Below, piece by piece: positions 40,286 to 53,559 of a stretch of DNA of 64,000 nt. Where the stretch lies: the NCBI GenBank assembly GCA_964016885.1, contig OZ024740.1, forward strand, positions 413,168,001 to 413,232,000. The letters run 5' to 3'. This DNA comes from Eledone cirrhosa. Lineage: Eukaryota. The notes under the pieces were generated by a model. It saw only the letters and a list, made by a program, of their open reading frames with translations. It did no database searches and was not told where the DNA came from. Position numbers and translations under genes: made by a program. The stretch's first letter is position 1. Every line of letters starts with the position of its first letter.

Positions 40286-40318
<33 letters not shown>

Positions 40319-40518
40319 AATTCAAAATATTATCAAAATTATTTTCTTGGGATCAATTATATTTTATTATACATATTTCAGAGGTACTGAGTTAAGTTCA
40401 ACAGTACGTCCTCATCAGATAAAATAAAATGATACATGACATAACTTGAGATAGTAGATAGTTAAGATTCAGTCATGGTAGAACTCATACTTTGATGTAT
40501 TCATTGAACCTTGTTTAA

Positions 40519-40589
<71 letters not shown>

Positions 40590-40752
40590 CGAAGGAAATG
40601 TGGTAAGGAACCAAAGTACTCAATACTTAGGGTAGTAGAGTGGGTAATAGGAACGAGTAGGACCCCGACGGCTGAGCTCAAGCCGTTTCGACGGCTAATT
40701 CTGGACTACTCGAAACGGCTTGAGCTCAGCCGTCGGGTCCTACTCGTTCCTA
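40590..40752. mobile_element. (TA)n-embedded terminus with a ~40-bp fold-back
   Basis: TAGGAACGAGTAGGACCCCGACGGCTGAGCTCAAGCCGTTTCGA, then a spacer, then its reverse complement. Same family as 6503-6660 and 31851-31910. Confidence 0.75.
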
Positions 40753-41380
40753 TATATATACATATATATTCTTACGATAAATGTAAATAATAGCTTTACA
40801 TATTTGAAATATGACGGTGAAAGGGATGAAACAACCTGCAACAATTGCAACACGTGTCTCTTGTATACCATATAACCATATACAATAACACTAAGACGAC
40901 TAAACAAGTTTTCAACGTCGATTTAAGCATATTTAAATCTTGTTTAGAGAAAATGCAACGTCGATTTTAACGTATTGATATTTTCAAGTAGTGGAACCGT
41001 AAATGTTTATTTCCAGATTTATTATTTGACGTAAATATATGCGTAAATGTCTACTAGCACAAAAACCACGCTTCGGGTGGTTTTTCTGCTAGCGTGTGTA
41101 GAGTGCATATTGATATTATACGCAAGTATATATGCATGTGGATATGATACATCAAATATTATCGTAATTGACAATATACACATACTACATAAAAAAAAAA
41201 CGATATTATATATAAACTGCATTAGGAGAAAATTAGTGACGGAATATATGAATGTTTATTTAAGCGATTGCTAACCGGAAGTATTGACATTTGAATATTT
41301 AAATAAACAATAAAATATATTTAATCAACAGCTACAAAATTTAGTAGATAAATTATGTAATAATCATTCATTATTTATTC

Positions 41381-41565
41381 CGGTGGATTGGCAGTATCGG
41401 TAGAGGGTCGGACGCCATGCTTTCCAGCATAGTTACGTCCCTTTACGATCTGAGTTCAAATACCGCCGAGGTTGACTTTGCCTTTCATCCTTACGGGGTC
41501 GATAAAATAAAGTACCAGTAATGCAGTGGCTAATTGCTGGCCTTGTGCCAAAAGTAGAAACAATT
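41381..41565 (+). mobile_element. Family A SINE with TSD ATTATTTATT
   Basis: Consensus match. The homologous empty site is at ~26028-26040. Confidence 0.93.
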
Positions 41566-42352
41566 ATTTATTGAAAGTAATCCAAATTATTTTTCTAATG
41601 GGATAAAAAAGTATAAACCGTACGCAGTCCCACACTCCTTTCTTTACTATAGTTTAGATAGACTGAGATAAATATATTTTTAATAAGAAGTTCGCTTTGG
41701 AAAAGTTTGTTTCCAGATTCATCTACTCTACGCGATACTAGATGCGGGTATCTTGTACAACCCCGAAAGGCTGAAAAATAACTTTAAATTGGTTGTTTAA
41801 CGTTGACTTAAACAATTAAGCTATATCATTATTCAGAGTCTCGCAGCTAGAACCATTCTTGTCTTAAATCATTACATGTGGCGATATAACACGGTTTCTT
41901 AACTTAAAACAAACAAACCCACACTAACACACCCATTTGACAAATGCACACAAAAAAACTCGGGTGAAAATATACGATTAATTATATTTTGACTTTTTAC
42001 TATAATTTCGTTTGGATCAAATTTGTGTTGTTTGAAAGCAACAAAAAACCAGCAGAATAAATCTATATAAAGGTAGTGGAGTAGTGAGTAGTTAAATAAT
42101 CTCACAATTCCATACTTGCGAAAGCAAATCTAAGTGGACCTCGAAGGGAACGGTCTCTTTTAGGTTAAAAATGCAGCTGATCCGTCCCTTTGGGAATCGT
42201 CTGTACTGCATTGGAAACTTTACAAAACATCAGCTTTACATAAGATACTGTCTGATGAAATGGTGATGGTGGTTGCATAATCACAGAATTATGTAATCAT
42301 AAAAGGCACAGAAATATGTATTAATGCTGATATGAATAAAATGAATTATGAG

Positions 42353-43204
<852 letters not shown>

Positions 43205-43297
43205 TGTACAGCTTGGAAAACCTTTTTTCTTAGAGCTATTTAATTGTAAGACACTACTCTGAGTTCTTAACTCAATATGTATATATATATATATATA

Positions 43298-44062
43298 TAA
43301 ATGAAAATTAGAGTTAAAACTCCAATTGAAACCCTGCAACTATTAAGCTCCAAGTATAAAATACTGAGCCGATTAATAATATATATGCAGTAAGAAACGC
43401 AGTAAACCGTGTGTCTAATATTACAAGGGTTGAAAAACCACATTTGTTTGAAATATTTAACCAAGAAGCAGACAGAATGATAAAATAAAAATATATTATT
43501 ATACAAACCGCCTCAATAACCATTTTATCTCTCGGACAGATTATCCCTAATCTGTTTCGCCCTGAGTGTGTTTGTAACAGTTAATTCTTAGGCATCATCA
43601 GCGAGAGAATCTGATTAAATGCAACAAACACTATGTACCAACGTTCACACAGAAAGATGAAATTTATCACCTTGTGCGCCGCTAGTCAAACGTTATAAGC
43701 GTGTATTGGATAGAAACAACAGTCCAACACACACAACTTAATAAGCTCGACTTGTGAGGGAGCAGACATATAAATGGAAATTAGAGTTAAAACTCCAATT
43801 GAAACCCTGTAACTATTAAGCTCCAAGTATAAAATACTGAGCCGATTAATAATATATATGCAGTAAGAAACACAGTAGACCGTGTGTCTAATATTATTGA
43901 GGCGGTTTGTATAATAATATATTATTGAGGCGGTTTGTATAATAATATATTTTTATTTTATCATTCTGTCTGCCTCTTGGTTAAATATTTCAAACAGATG
44001 TGGTTTTTCAACCCTTGTAATATTAGACACACGGTTTACTGTGTTTCTTACTGCATATATAT
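43298..44062 (-). mobile_element. Complex tandem + inverted PLE-type terminus
   Basis: 43298-43422 is repeated directly at 43771-43895, and 43383-43519 is inverted at 43922-44060. Flanked by (TA)n, with an HHR at 43528-43608. Confidence 0.8.
43528..43608 (-). ncRNA. Full-size type I hammerhead ribozyme
   Basis: Minus strand reads TCTCTCG-CTGATGA-tGCC...GGC-GAA-ACAGATTA-ggga-TAATCTGT-C-CGAGAGA: 7-bp stem I, 8-bp stem III, GUC triplet. Confidence 0.9.
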
Positions 44063-44082
44063 TATATATATATATATATATA

Positions 44083-44287
44083 TTAGAAAGTGAGGTTTTT
44101 TTACAAAATAAAAAATAACCGAGGTGTCCAACACGAGTGAAAGTATAAAGAAAAAAAGATGAAATCGAAAATGCAACTGGAGTCTTATTTTTAAAAAAAT
44201 ATATATATTTATTTGGTTCCTTTACCGGTTTCGCAGTACTTCTGCTTTTCAAAAGTAGAGTTGAGATGGAGGGTCTGTGGTTTTTCT
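44083..44287 (-). mobile_element. ~205-bp (TA)n-anchored terminus with a U3-A8 hammerhead (copy 2)
   Basis: Nearly identical to 4856-5062. HHR motif at 44220-44255. Confidence 0.7.
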
Positions 44288-44308
44288 GTTTTTATCACAC
44301 ACACACAG

Positions 44309-44379
<71 letters not shown>

Positions 44380-44381
44380 TA

Positions 44382-45576
44382 TTTTATTTGTAATACTACT
44401 GTGCATTATATTTACTGTCTGGCCCTTACTCACTCATCCACATACATGTCTGTTTACCAACCTTGTAATTATAAGTAATTATATATTATATTATGTTAAT
44501 TATTTTATATAATATATTACATTAATATTGTATTTGTTATTGTAATATCGATCCTTATTACTTACCGTTAATTATATGTAACATTATGATATGTTAAACT
44601 TTATATATCATGTAAGATGTTTATATTTTTTTTTTTGTACCATCATAATTTTTGGGTATTGTACAATTTATTTTTTCCTCACCTACTCTGTAACTCTATA
44701 TGAATTGATTTGTTAACTTGAATGCCATTATATATTGTATATTATAAATGTTAGTATATTATTATTATAGTATTATTGCGACATCTATATTGTTTGTGTA
44801 AATTAACCGGAGATTATCTATTCTATTATATTATATTATATAGTATATAATTGTATAGTTTATTATTTATTATATGTGCTACTTATAATAATATCATATT
44901 ATTACCTCATGTATATTGGGTATATGTATTATTATTATTATTATTATTTTCATTCCTATCATGCTTATTTTTATATTTAAACTCTTAATAAGGTTTAATT
45001 TGTGCAGTTGAAGATGGATATGTGTATTGATGTATGTGTATGTGTGCGTACGTGTGCGTACATATATACATATGTATATTGTACCTTTTAATTTTTATTG
45101 TAATTTTAATATTGGTAAAGGTATATTATATTATATTACATTGTATTATATATAATTCCTGCTCTATATAACCACCTTTGTTTAGCTCTAGGGTTTTTTT
45201 GCTTTGGACTATATTTGTAATATGGTTCTTAATGTTATACACCTCCTTAGTAATTTTTATTATATATTTTTATTATTTTTATTATATATTTTTACCCATA
45301 ATCTTGCAATACTTTAGTGTATGTACACTCCATATTCTTCGGAGTTTCCGGCTTGTATTGGCCGATAATACTTCTTGTTGTTTTAATTGCCCTGATGAGT
45401 CCTTAATAGGACAAAACATTGTCGGCTAATAAAGACTTTTGATGTATTGAAGGCTTCTTTGTTTTACTTTCTTAATTCTTCGGCTCTGTTTAACTACATT
45501 GAGCTATACCTTTTACTGTCATTTCTATAATACGAAGAGGGTGTTTAACTCCAACACGCTCCAGTATTTTAACCCT
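44382..45576 (+). mobile_element. Solo 3' UTR copy of the Hydra-type PLE
   Basis: Colinear with ~38490-39635, has the same 3' terminus before (TA)n, and carries an HHR at 45389-45426 with GAAA changed to AAAA. Confidence 0.9.
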
Positions 45577-46364
45577 TATATATATATATATATATGCATA
45601 TATATATAAAGATATATTTTTTCTTTAGATCGTTTTGGAAGCCTCAACAATGCAGATGGGTAATTCTCTGGGCAACAAGATCCGGTGGTGAAGAGAGAGA
45701 TGTAAGTGAATGTAGAATGAGATGTATAGTGTGTAGAAGAACGTAGGAAAGAGCGTAAAAAATAAAAATATTAACACGAGATACAGTTACCTTGGGAGAG
45801 ATTTAATTGCCCCTATATTTCGGATTCACATCCATCAACTGGGGGGTTTTCCGGGGGGTCGGAAGGTTATCTGTCGGATAGGATCGATACGTGTCCTCCG
45901 CTGTTCGTTGTTTTGAATATCTGAGGTATTCAGCAGAGCGCGCGCGCGAGAGATGGGGTCGGTCAAGCAGAGGTCGGCGGCCGTAATAGTTCTTTTAATT
46001 GTGGGAGTGGGGTGGCGTTAGCTGTCAATCCACTGTATTATCTGCCCGAGCTGGTTTTTGTAGTAGCAGTGTTCCCTATTTTATCTGATGAGAACGCAGA
46101 TATCATCCCATGATGATATTTGTTTTTGAAATGCGCATAATAAAATACTTGGAACTCTTTTAACCATCTTTTGAACCAGCTTCTTGCTGTCTTTTATATC
46201 TGCGATCTAACTTACTCGGCCCTCAAAGACAGCGAGAAACGAAAACCAACCAAACAGTGAGTGTGTTCTGTTATTAATTCTGGCAATATTACGCAAATAT
46301 GACCCTCCCCAAGTATTACAATATCTGTTTCGACACACGATTTCATATAAAAAACCTCGCTAAA

Positions 46365-46459
<95 letters not shown>

Positions 46460-46460
<1 letters not shown>

Positions 46461-47936
46461 TATTAAAATAACAGATTAAAGTTTAAGCAAAGAGTCGCTG
46501 CTTTCACCCTTAACGGGATCTTCTGAAACTAACAAAGTCAATCTGTAAACGCAGAACTGGATATTTAAAAAAACGTTGCAACCGGAGGAAGACAGGAAGA
46601 CGATACTTTGGTTCGTGGTAACGTTCGCTGGCAAAGAACGGGAAAAAACAAGTAATACGTCATTAATAGGAGCGGTGAAAAACAATTACGCGCAAAGACA
46701 AAACCACGTTTATGGTATAAAAGAGGTCGTGGACTAATGTTCTCTTAGGTGGTGCATAGAGACGTTCTCTGGCAATGAACGAAAAAACGAAGATAATAAG
46801 TCAATTTATATATATATATATACGTATATATATATTATATATAAATTATAAACTCAAATAGTCTTTTAGAATTAAATAGCTCAAAGAAAGGAATATTTCT
46901 GAGCCGTGTAATACAAATGAATATATGATAGGGATAAACACTGATACAAGTATGTTTTGTGAAGGTATGTATACCTTCTCGTACGTATATTTGACTGTTA
47001 TAGCGTATAATTTTTACATATTCTGGTATTTAGGGTTTGGCTATGTGTATACGGGAGTTTTGCGTCCGCGTGAGTGTGCAGGTTCGTACGTATGGTGGGT
47101 GTGTGTATATGTGTACTTCTTGTTTTAGTTGACTTACCTTTCCGAACATTCGTGTATTTATATGTAGGTATGCGTGTGCGCTTGTTATATACGTATTTAT
47201 TTACTTATATACGTTTATATAATTATTTATTTATTTGTACACAAGCATACACACACACACATATTTATATGTGCGTGGTTTTGTATACCCATAGTAAGGT
47301 TTTGCGTATGCTTGTGTATGTACGTATCTGTTTGCGTGTATGTATTTATTTGTTTCTATTACTTCTGTATTGTATTTATTTACTTTGTTCTTAACTCTGT
47401 AGCGGAGATTCATTTTGTCTCCTAGTTAGAATTTTAGTCTACGATTTCTGCTATACCATTTACGTGGTTTTGTCTTTGCGTGCTATTGTTCTCCACACTC
47501 CACATATGACTTATTATCTTCGTTTTTTCGTTCATTGCCAGAGAACGTCTCTATGCACCACCTAAGAGAACATTAGTCTACGACCTCTTTTATACCATAA
47601 ACGTGGTTCTGTCTTTGCGCGTAATTGCTTTTCACCGCTCCTATTAATGACGTATTATTCGTTTTTTCCCGTTCTTTGCCAGCGAACGTCACCACGAACC
47701 AAAGTATCGTCTTCCTGTCTTCCTCCGGTTGCAACGTTATTTGAAATATCCAGTTCTGTGTTTACAGATTGACTTTGTTAGTTTCAGAAGATCCCGTTAA
47801 GGGTGAAAGCAGCGATTCTTTGCTTAAACTTTAATCTGTTATTTTAATAAATATTTGCTCTACGGTTCTTATATATTTGATATATATTTTCTTTATCGAG
47901 CCCTCTTTGGATTTTAGTCTTCAATTTTATTATTAT

Positions 47937-47940
<4 letters not shown>
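46460..47940 (+). mobile_element. Non-coding PLE remnant with ~345-bp inverted arms
   Basis: 46460-46804 is the reverse complement of ~47507-47851. The interior resembles the 3' UTR at 28700-29010. Flanked by (TA)n. Confidence 0.85.
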
Positions 47941-47982
<42 letters not shown>

Positions 47983-48715
47983 CAGCGGTGTAGAATCTTT
48001 TGCTCACTCCCCCTCTTTTTTATTTCCTTATTGTCATATATATGTTGTTCAGATTTGTTTTATCATTTTTTCTGTATTCTTTGTAGCATTTTCAACAAGA
48101 ATGAATAAATGATCATAGCAATTCGCTAAAAACATAGTGATTGAAAACAGTAAAATAATTTAAGAATATGGAACCAAAACCAACACATCTCCACTCTCCT
48201 ATTGTGACAAAATCACTTTTCGATTTGTGATTAAATTTCCGAAGCTTGAAAGTTTGTTTCACACTCAGCAGGATTGAAATTATTAAGGTACATATACACA
48301 ACTCAATACCGTGAAGCATTTTTGTCTAGCGATGTATTTAGATATGATAAGAATTGAAATATTACTGAAATATGATGTAAATGTAGCTGGATAAGGAAAG
48401 CAACAGAGGAAAAACACGATGATAATAAAATAATGGCGACAACGTTCTGAATAATGATCACAACAGCGAGAAGGAAAACACCGGTGGAATGGCTAAAGAT
48501 AGAAAGAAAACGGGAAAAAAACTATAGTCATAACAGGATATGTAATAGTATAAGTACAAGATGATGTGTATTATAACTATGATGATCTAGAAGACGGTGT
48601 GGAGAATGAACAAGAGGAGGGTGGTGACAACGACGACGGCAGTCGTGATAATAATAAAGATGAAAACGAATAAAGATGAAATAAACATACAAGTGTAATA
48701 AAATATGCTGGTGGC

Positions 48716-48753
<38 letters not shown>

Positions 48754-49012
48754 AAGAAGAAGAAGAAGAAGAAGAAGAAGAAGAAGAAGAAGAAGAAGAA
48801 GAAGAAGAAGAAGAAGAAGAAGAAGAAGAAGAAGAAGAAGAAGAAGGAGAAGAAGAAGAAGAAGAAGAAGAAGAAGAAGAAGATCATTTTGTAGATATTG
48901 ATAGTTGTATTTTAGATATCGTATCGATAATGATGATGATGATGATGACGATAATGACGATGATGATGATGATCACGATGTTGATCACGATGATTATGAC
49001 TATGATGATGAT
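48716..49012. repeat. Compound (GTA)n(GAA)n and (GAT)n microsatellites
   Basis: Directly visible in the sequence. Confidence 0.95.
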
Positions 49013-49467
49013 GCCAAGAAATGAGACACATGGAATATACTTTCTTTTTCCTGTAGAACATATTAAATGAAGGATTCAAAGCAGATATCACCATCAAAGC
49101 TATAATGTTAGTATTAGAAGTAAAGACATACTGTTAATCGGAACACGGATTTACGCATACAGGAAACAGTTAAGAGTGCAAAAGTGGCACCTTTGTATAT
49201 TAAACTTGGAATGGGATTACTTAGGGAAAAAAATATATTACAATGTGGTAAGGACATTTCTCTGAAACATAAAAGAATATGTTATCAGGAAATTAAAACC
49301 TTTCACGATGACTGCTTACATTTTGAAAGAAATCAAAGGGCGAATTACACACATCTGACAAAACATTAAAGGCTTTCGGCCCTTTCATTCGAGCCACGTG
49401 TGAGAAATAGTTACAACTATTGGATTACAACATCATCATTTTCTTCTTCTTCTTCTTCTTCTTCTTC

Positions 49468-49511
<44 letters not shown>

Positions 49512-49597
49512 GTTATTGTTATTCCTTGAATCTCAGTCATTGATGTTGGTTAACTGGAAAGTCCGTTGGATTGAATATCAAGCCACTACCTGCAGCC

Positions 49598-52500
49598 TCA
49601 GATATTCAGGACGTATCGGAGGGTTCTTGCCGTTCCAAGCAAGCATGCCTTTTGAAGCGTTCCAAAAAGCGTGAAGGGGCCGATTTTCTTTAACCATCCC
49701 TGGAAACCTTTGGAGATAGTCCCCAGTGCGCCTATGACAATCGGGATCACTTTGACTTCATGGCAGTTCCAAATCCTTTTCACCTCCCACTTTAGGTCCT
49801 GGTATCGGTTAATTTTCTCCCTCTCCTTCTCTTGCACTCTCGTGTCGAACGGGCAGGCCACATCCACAATCAGGCACGATCTTTTTTCTTTGTCCACAAC
49901 CACCAGGTCAGGTCTATTGTGTTCGAGTTTTTTGTCCGTCTGTATCCTAAAATCCCACAGCACCTTCACCTGACTGTTCTCCATCACCGCCTCTGGCCTA
50001 TGCTCATACCATTTCTCAGAATGTGGTAGATTGTTTACTTTGCACAGGTGCCAGTGGATCACCCTGCCCATCACATCGTGTCTCCAGCCCTTATAGTGGG
50101 TCTGGGCTAGGTGTTTACACTCGGACACAATGTGAGCCACAGTCTCCTCTCTCTCTCCACAGATCCTGCACAGTGGGCTAGCCTCCTCCTTGTAGATATG
50201 GTGCTTCAACCACTTCGTTTTGAGGGCCTGCTCCTGCGCAGCCATTAGCATTCCTTCTGTAGCCTTTTTGAGGTCTCCTCTTCTCAACCAGTTCCATGTC
50301 TGTGGATCTCTAAATTCAGTTTTCTCAAAGAAGGTACTATGAAGGGATTTTCCCTTAAGGCTGCTCTTCCTCCTTGATGTTATTTCCTCCTTGGGTATCC
50401 CCTGGCCTACTGTCCCCTCCTTCAGTACAGCTCTGAGCATTGGCTCCTTACTATAGGTCACGTATTTGTATAGGTTGTTTTTCTCCATCTGAACACAGTC
50501 CTCTATGCTGATAAGACCTCTTCCACCCTCAGATCTCCTTAGGTAGAGTCTATCGACATCACTCCTCTTGTGGAACATGTTGTAGATAGTCAATAGCTTC
50601 CTAGTCTTCCTATCCATTTCTTTTTGTTCAGCAACATTCCATCTCAGAATTCCCGCACTGTACCTAATAATAGACACAGCTCGGGAATTTACTGCGCTTA
50701 TGGCATTTCTGCTGTTCAGATGTGACTTCAATACGCTCCTTACTCTCCGAATGTATTCAGTTCTTAACAATTCCTTCATTTTTTTGTTCTTTATGCCATC
50801 AGCCTCCAGAACGCCCAAATACTTGTATCCTTCCTCAGAGTCAATTTCCTTTATCATCTCACCTGTTGGTATCTGGATCCCGTTACTTCTGCTCAACCTA
50901 CCCCTCCTCATCACAATGACTCCACATTTACCAATACCAAACTGCATACATATATCACTGCTGCAAATACGGACAGTGTCAACAAGCACATCCAACTCCT
51001 TCTCACTTTTCCCGAAGAGCTTAAGATCGTCCATGAAGAGGAGGTGATTGATGGTAAGCTCTCCCCTTCCCAACTTGTATCCTGCTCTCACTTTTCGCAG
51101 CATAATGGTCAAGGGCATCAGGGCAAGGACAAACAACAGAGGGGACAGGCTATCTCCCTGGAAGATACCTCTCTTGATCTTCACGCTTCCCAAGGATACT
51201 CCAGTTGATGTCAACTCTGTCTCCCAGGACCCCATACTCCTTCCCAGCAACTGTCTGACATTATCTGCCACCCTGAAGATCTCCAGGCTTTTGGTGATCC
51301 AGGAATGAGGCACCATGTCAAATGCCTTTCTGTAGTCTATCCATCCCATGGCAAGATCAGTGTGTCTCCTCCTGCAATTCCCCATTACCATCTTATCAAT
51401 AAGCAACTGGTCCTTTGTACCACGTGACTTCTTTCGGCATCCTTTCTGTTCGTCCGGCAACAAGTTGTTTGTGTGGAGGTGATGGTAGATTTCCTCAGAC
51501 ACAATGCTCGTCAACAGTTTCCACATTACGGGCAGAGATGTGATAGGTCTATAGTTGGTAACATCATTACCCTTGATTCGGTCTTTCATTATCAGAACTG
51601 TGGTACCTTTTGTCAACCACTCTGGCACCTCACCCGACACCAAGCAGTCATTGAACATGGCCGTCAGCTTCGGGTGGAGGGATGTTAAATGTTTAATCCA
51701 ATACCCCTGCACACCATCTGGGCCTGGTGATTTCCAGTTGGTTAGTTTTTTGGCTTGCCCCTTAAGAGTTTCAACTGTGATACTCAAATCAGTCTGTTGC
51801 TGTGCCTGCTCACCGATCTCCCTCTGTACTGTCTCAATCCACCCTGCCTGGGCATTGTGTCTAACATCCTGCTCCCATATTCCTCTCCAGAATGATTTAG
51901 CTCGTTCCGCCCCAGGGATCAAGTCGGTGCCTCTTTCTTTCCCCTCAAGCTGTCCAAACAGCATCTTCTGGTTGTTGTCGAACATGCGGTTCTGTTTATA
52001 CTGACTGACTCTGTTCTCGTATCGCCTGATTTTGGCACTCTTTGCTACAATCGGTTGCTTCAATTCCTCTATGATAATATTTAGCTTTTTACTCCTAGTT
52101 TTGTATTTTATTTCCAGTCTATTTTTAGTGCCTATGTTTTTTAGTGTCCCATTCAGTAGTGACTCAAGCTTTTCTATGTCATTTCTCATTTCCCCGATTT
52201 GCCCACTCAGTCGCTTCTTCCACCACGGCTCTGCTCTTTCTTGTCTGTTGTTTCCTCTCGCTTTTATACCAAGTAGTTTCCTCACCGTATTTGCTGTTGC
52301 TTTGAGGATATTGTTGCACTGGTGAAGACTCCTCGCCTCAAGGTATGGGATGACTTTGTTTACCTTAGCTGTTGTTTCTTTTAACTTTTTCCAGTCTACA
52401 AATCTTAGGTTCATAGGTCTCCCACTATCATTGTTCAACTCATCTACCACTAAATTTAGGATGTCAACCGAATCTTGTCCTAGCCCGTCAGCATTCATCT

Positions 52501-52990
52501 CCTCAGTGGCCGTATCTCTGTTCCAGGTATTATTTATCTCAGTATTCAGATCATTGTCTGCTTCGGGTGGTTCCTCCGCTCTCAGGACCTCCTCACCTTC
52601 ATTTCTCGCCGGCTCGCTTGTCTGGCATACTACACCCGCCATCTCCAAGCCATTCTCTCTGCTCAGTTCCTCCAGTTCCAGCTCGCTTATCCACCCATTA
52701 GTTCTTATTACCCGAGCCTGACCGGCCAATTTTTGTTCATCTAATTTAAATAAACCAATCTCGTTCCAGATGTTATGCATCCGTCTCCTGTAGCCCCTCT
52801 CATTGGGGTTACTTTTCAGGTAGCATTGCATAACAGTTCTATTCAATTCTTTCGTCCAGTTGGTTCTGGCCCCTTTCCTTCTTCTTCTTCCTCCAACATC
52901 AGCAGTATTCCGTTGACAGTCAGGTTCCTGCTGCTGAGCCAGGGGGCATCTGTTGGGTGAGAGTCTGTCACATGACGTTCTAGTCTCCAT
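49598..52990 (-). CDS. R4/Dong-clade protein: RT + CCHC knuckle + restriction-like endonuclease (1130 aa)
   Basis: KSPGPDG, YRPIT, WIDYRKAFD, GIFQGDSLSP, LLFMDD, CRIC...H....C, RHD, RPD...D...EK..RY. No APE domain. Confidence 0.95.
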   Translation of the reverse strand: METRTSCDRLSPNRCPLAQQQEPDCQRNTADVGGRRRRKGARTNWTKELNRTVMQCYLKSNPNERGYRRRMHNIWNEIGLFKLDEQKLAGQARVIRTNGWISELELEELSRENGLEMAGVVCQTSEPARNEGEEVLRAEEPPEADNDLNTEINNTWNRDTATEEMNADGLGQDSVDILNLVVDELNNDSGRPMNLRFVDWKKLKETTAKVNKVIPYLEARSLHQCNNILKATANTVRKLLGIKARGNNRQERAEPWWKKRLSGQIGEMRNDIEKLESLLNGTLKNIGTKNRLEIKYKTRSKKLNIIIEELKQPIVAKSAKIRRYENRVSQYKQNRMFDNNQKMLFGQLEGKERGTDLIPGAERAKSFWRGIWEQDVRHNAQAGWIETVQREIGEQAQQQTDLSITVETLKGQAKKLTNWKSPGPDGVQGYWIKHLTSLHPKLTAMFNDCLVSGEVPEWLTKGTTVLIMKDRIKGNDVTNYRPITSLPVMWKLLTSIVSEEIYHHLHTNNLLPDEQKGCRKKSRGTKDQLLIDKMVMGNCRRRHTDLAMGWIDYRKAFDMVPHSWITKSLEIFRVADNVRQLLGRSMGSWETELTSTGVSLGSVKIKRGIFQGDSLSPLLFVLALMPLTIMLRKVRAGYKLGRGELTINHLLFMDDLKLFGKSEKELDVLVDTVRICSSDICMQFGIGKCGVIVMRRGRLSRSNGIQIPTGEMIKEIDSEEGYKYLGVLEADGIKNKKMKELLRTEYIRRVRSVLKSHLNSRNAISAVNSRAVSIIRYSAGILRWNVAEQKEMDRKTRKLLTIYNMFHKRSDVDRLYLRRSEGGRGLISIEDCVQMEKNNLYKYVTYSKEPMLRAVLKEGTVGQGIPKEEITSRRKSSLKGKSLHSTFFEKTEFRDPQTWNWLRRGDLKKATEGMLMAAQEQALKTKWLKHHIYKEEASPLCRICGEREETVAHIVSECKHLAQTHYKGWRHDVMGRVIHWHLCKVNNLPHSEKWYEHRPEAVMENSQVKVLWDFRIQTDKKLEHNRPDLVVVDKEKRSCLIVDVACPFDTRVQEKEREKINRYQDLKWEVKRIWNCHEVKVIPIVIGALGTISKGFQGWLKKIGPFTLFGTLQKACLLGTARTLRYVLNI

Positions 52991-53559
52991 TTCACCGTTA
53001 TTCGAACTGTTTATGTTCGATATTTAAACACTCTTATCGAGGATTGGCGAATGTATGTTTACATAGCCATCTGTGGATCCGCCATCCCACTTGGCCCTTG
53101 TGTGGCATTATCACCACGCTGTATACGGACACACATAAACAAACAAACACACGGGCAGAAAGGGCCCCAAAAATGAATAAGCATAAGTTTCATTGTAATG
53201 TAGTATTCGAATGTCTGACTTAGTTTTTGTTTTTTAAGTTTTACTTTTTCCCCCCTCTTCTCTGTCCGTCCGCCTGCTTCTCTCTTCATTCTTATTTTCT
53301 TTACGTTTTGGGGGTTTCTTTTTTTGTTTTTGTTTTTCTCTGTTTTTCTCGTTTTTTACTGTTGTTGCTGTGCTGCTTTTGTTGTTTGTTTTTTCTTTTT
53401 TCTTTTGAGTCTATCTATATATTTTGATGCCTTCCTCTTTGTTAGTAGTAGGAATTCTATAATGTGGAAGTGGTAGCCAGCAGAGACTGGCGGCGTTGGC
53501 GATACTGAGACAGTGGTGGTGGTGATGTCGATACCGAGGCAGTGGTGGCGGTGATGCGA

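Noticed and set aside
48528-49097. Poly-Glu/Val/Met and poly-Phe ORFs
   Set aside because: These arise from (GAA)n, (GTA)n and (GAT)n microsatellites.
49671-52960. Plus-strand ORFs overlapping the R4 ORF (and similarly at 61001-63415)
   Set aside because: These are antisense shadows of the RT coding strand with no recognisable motifs.
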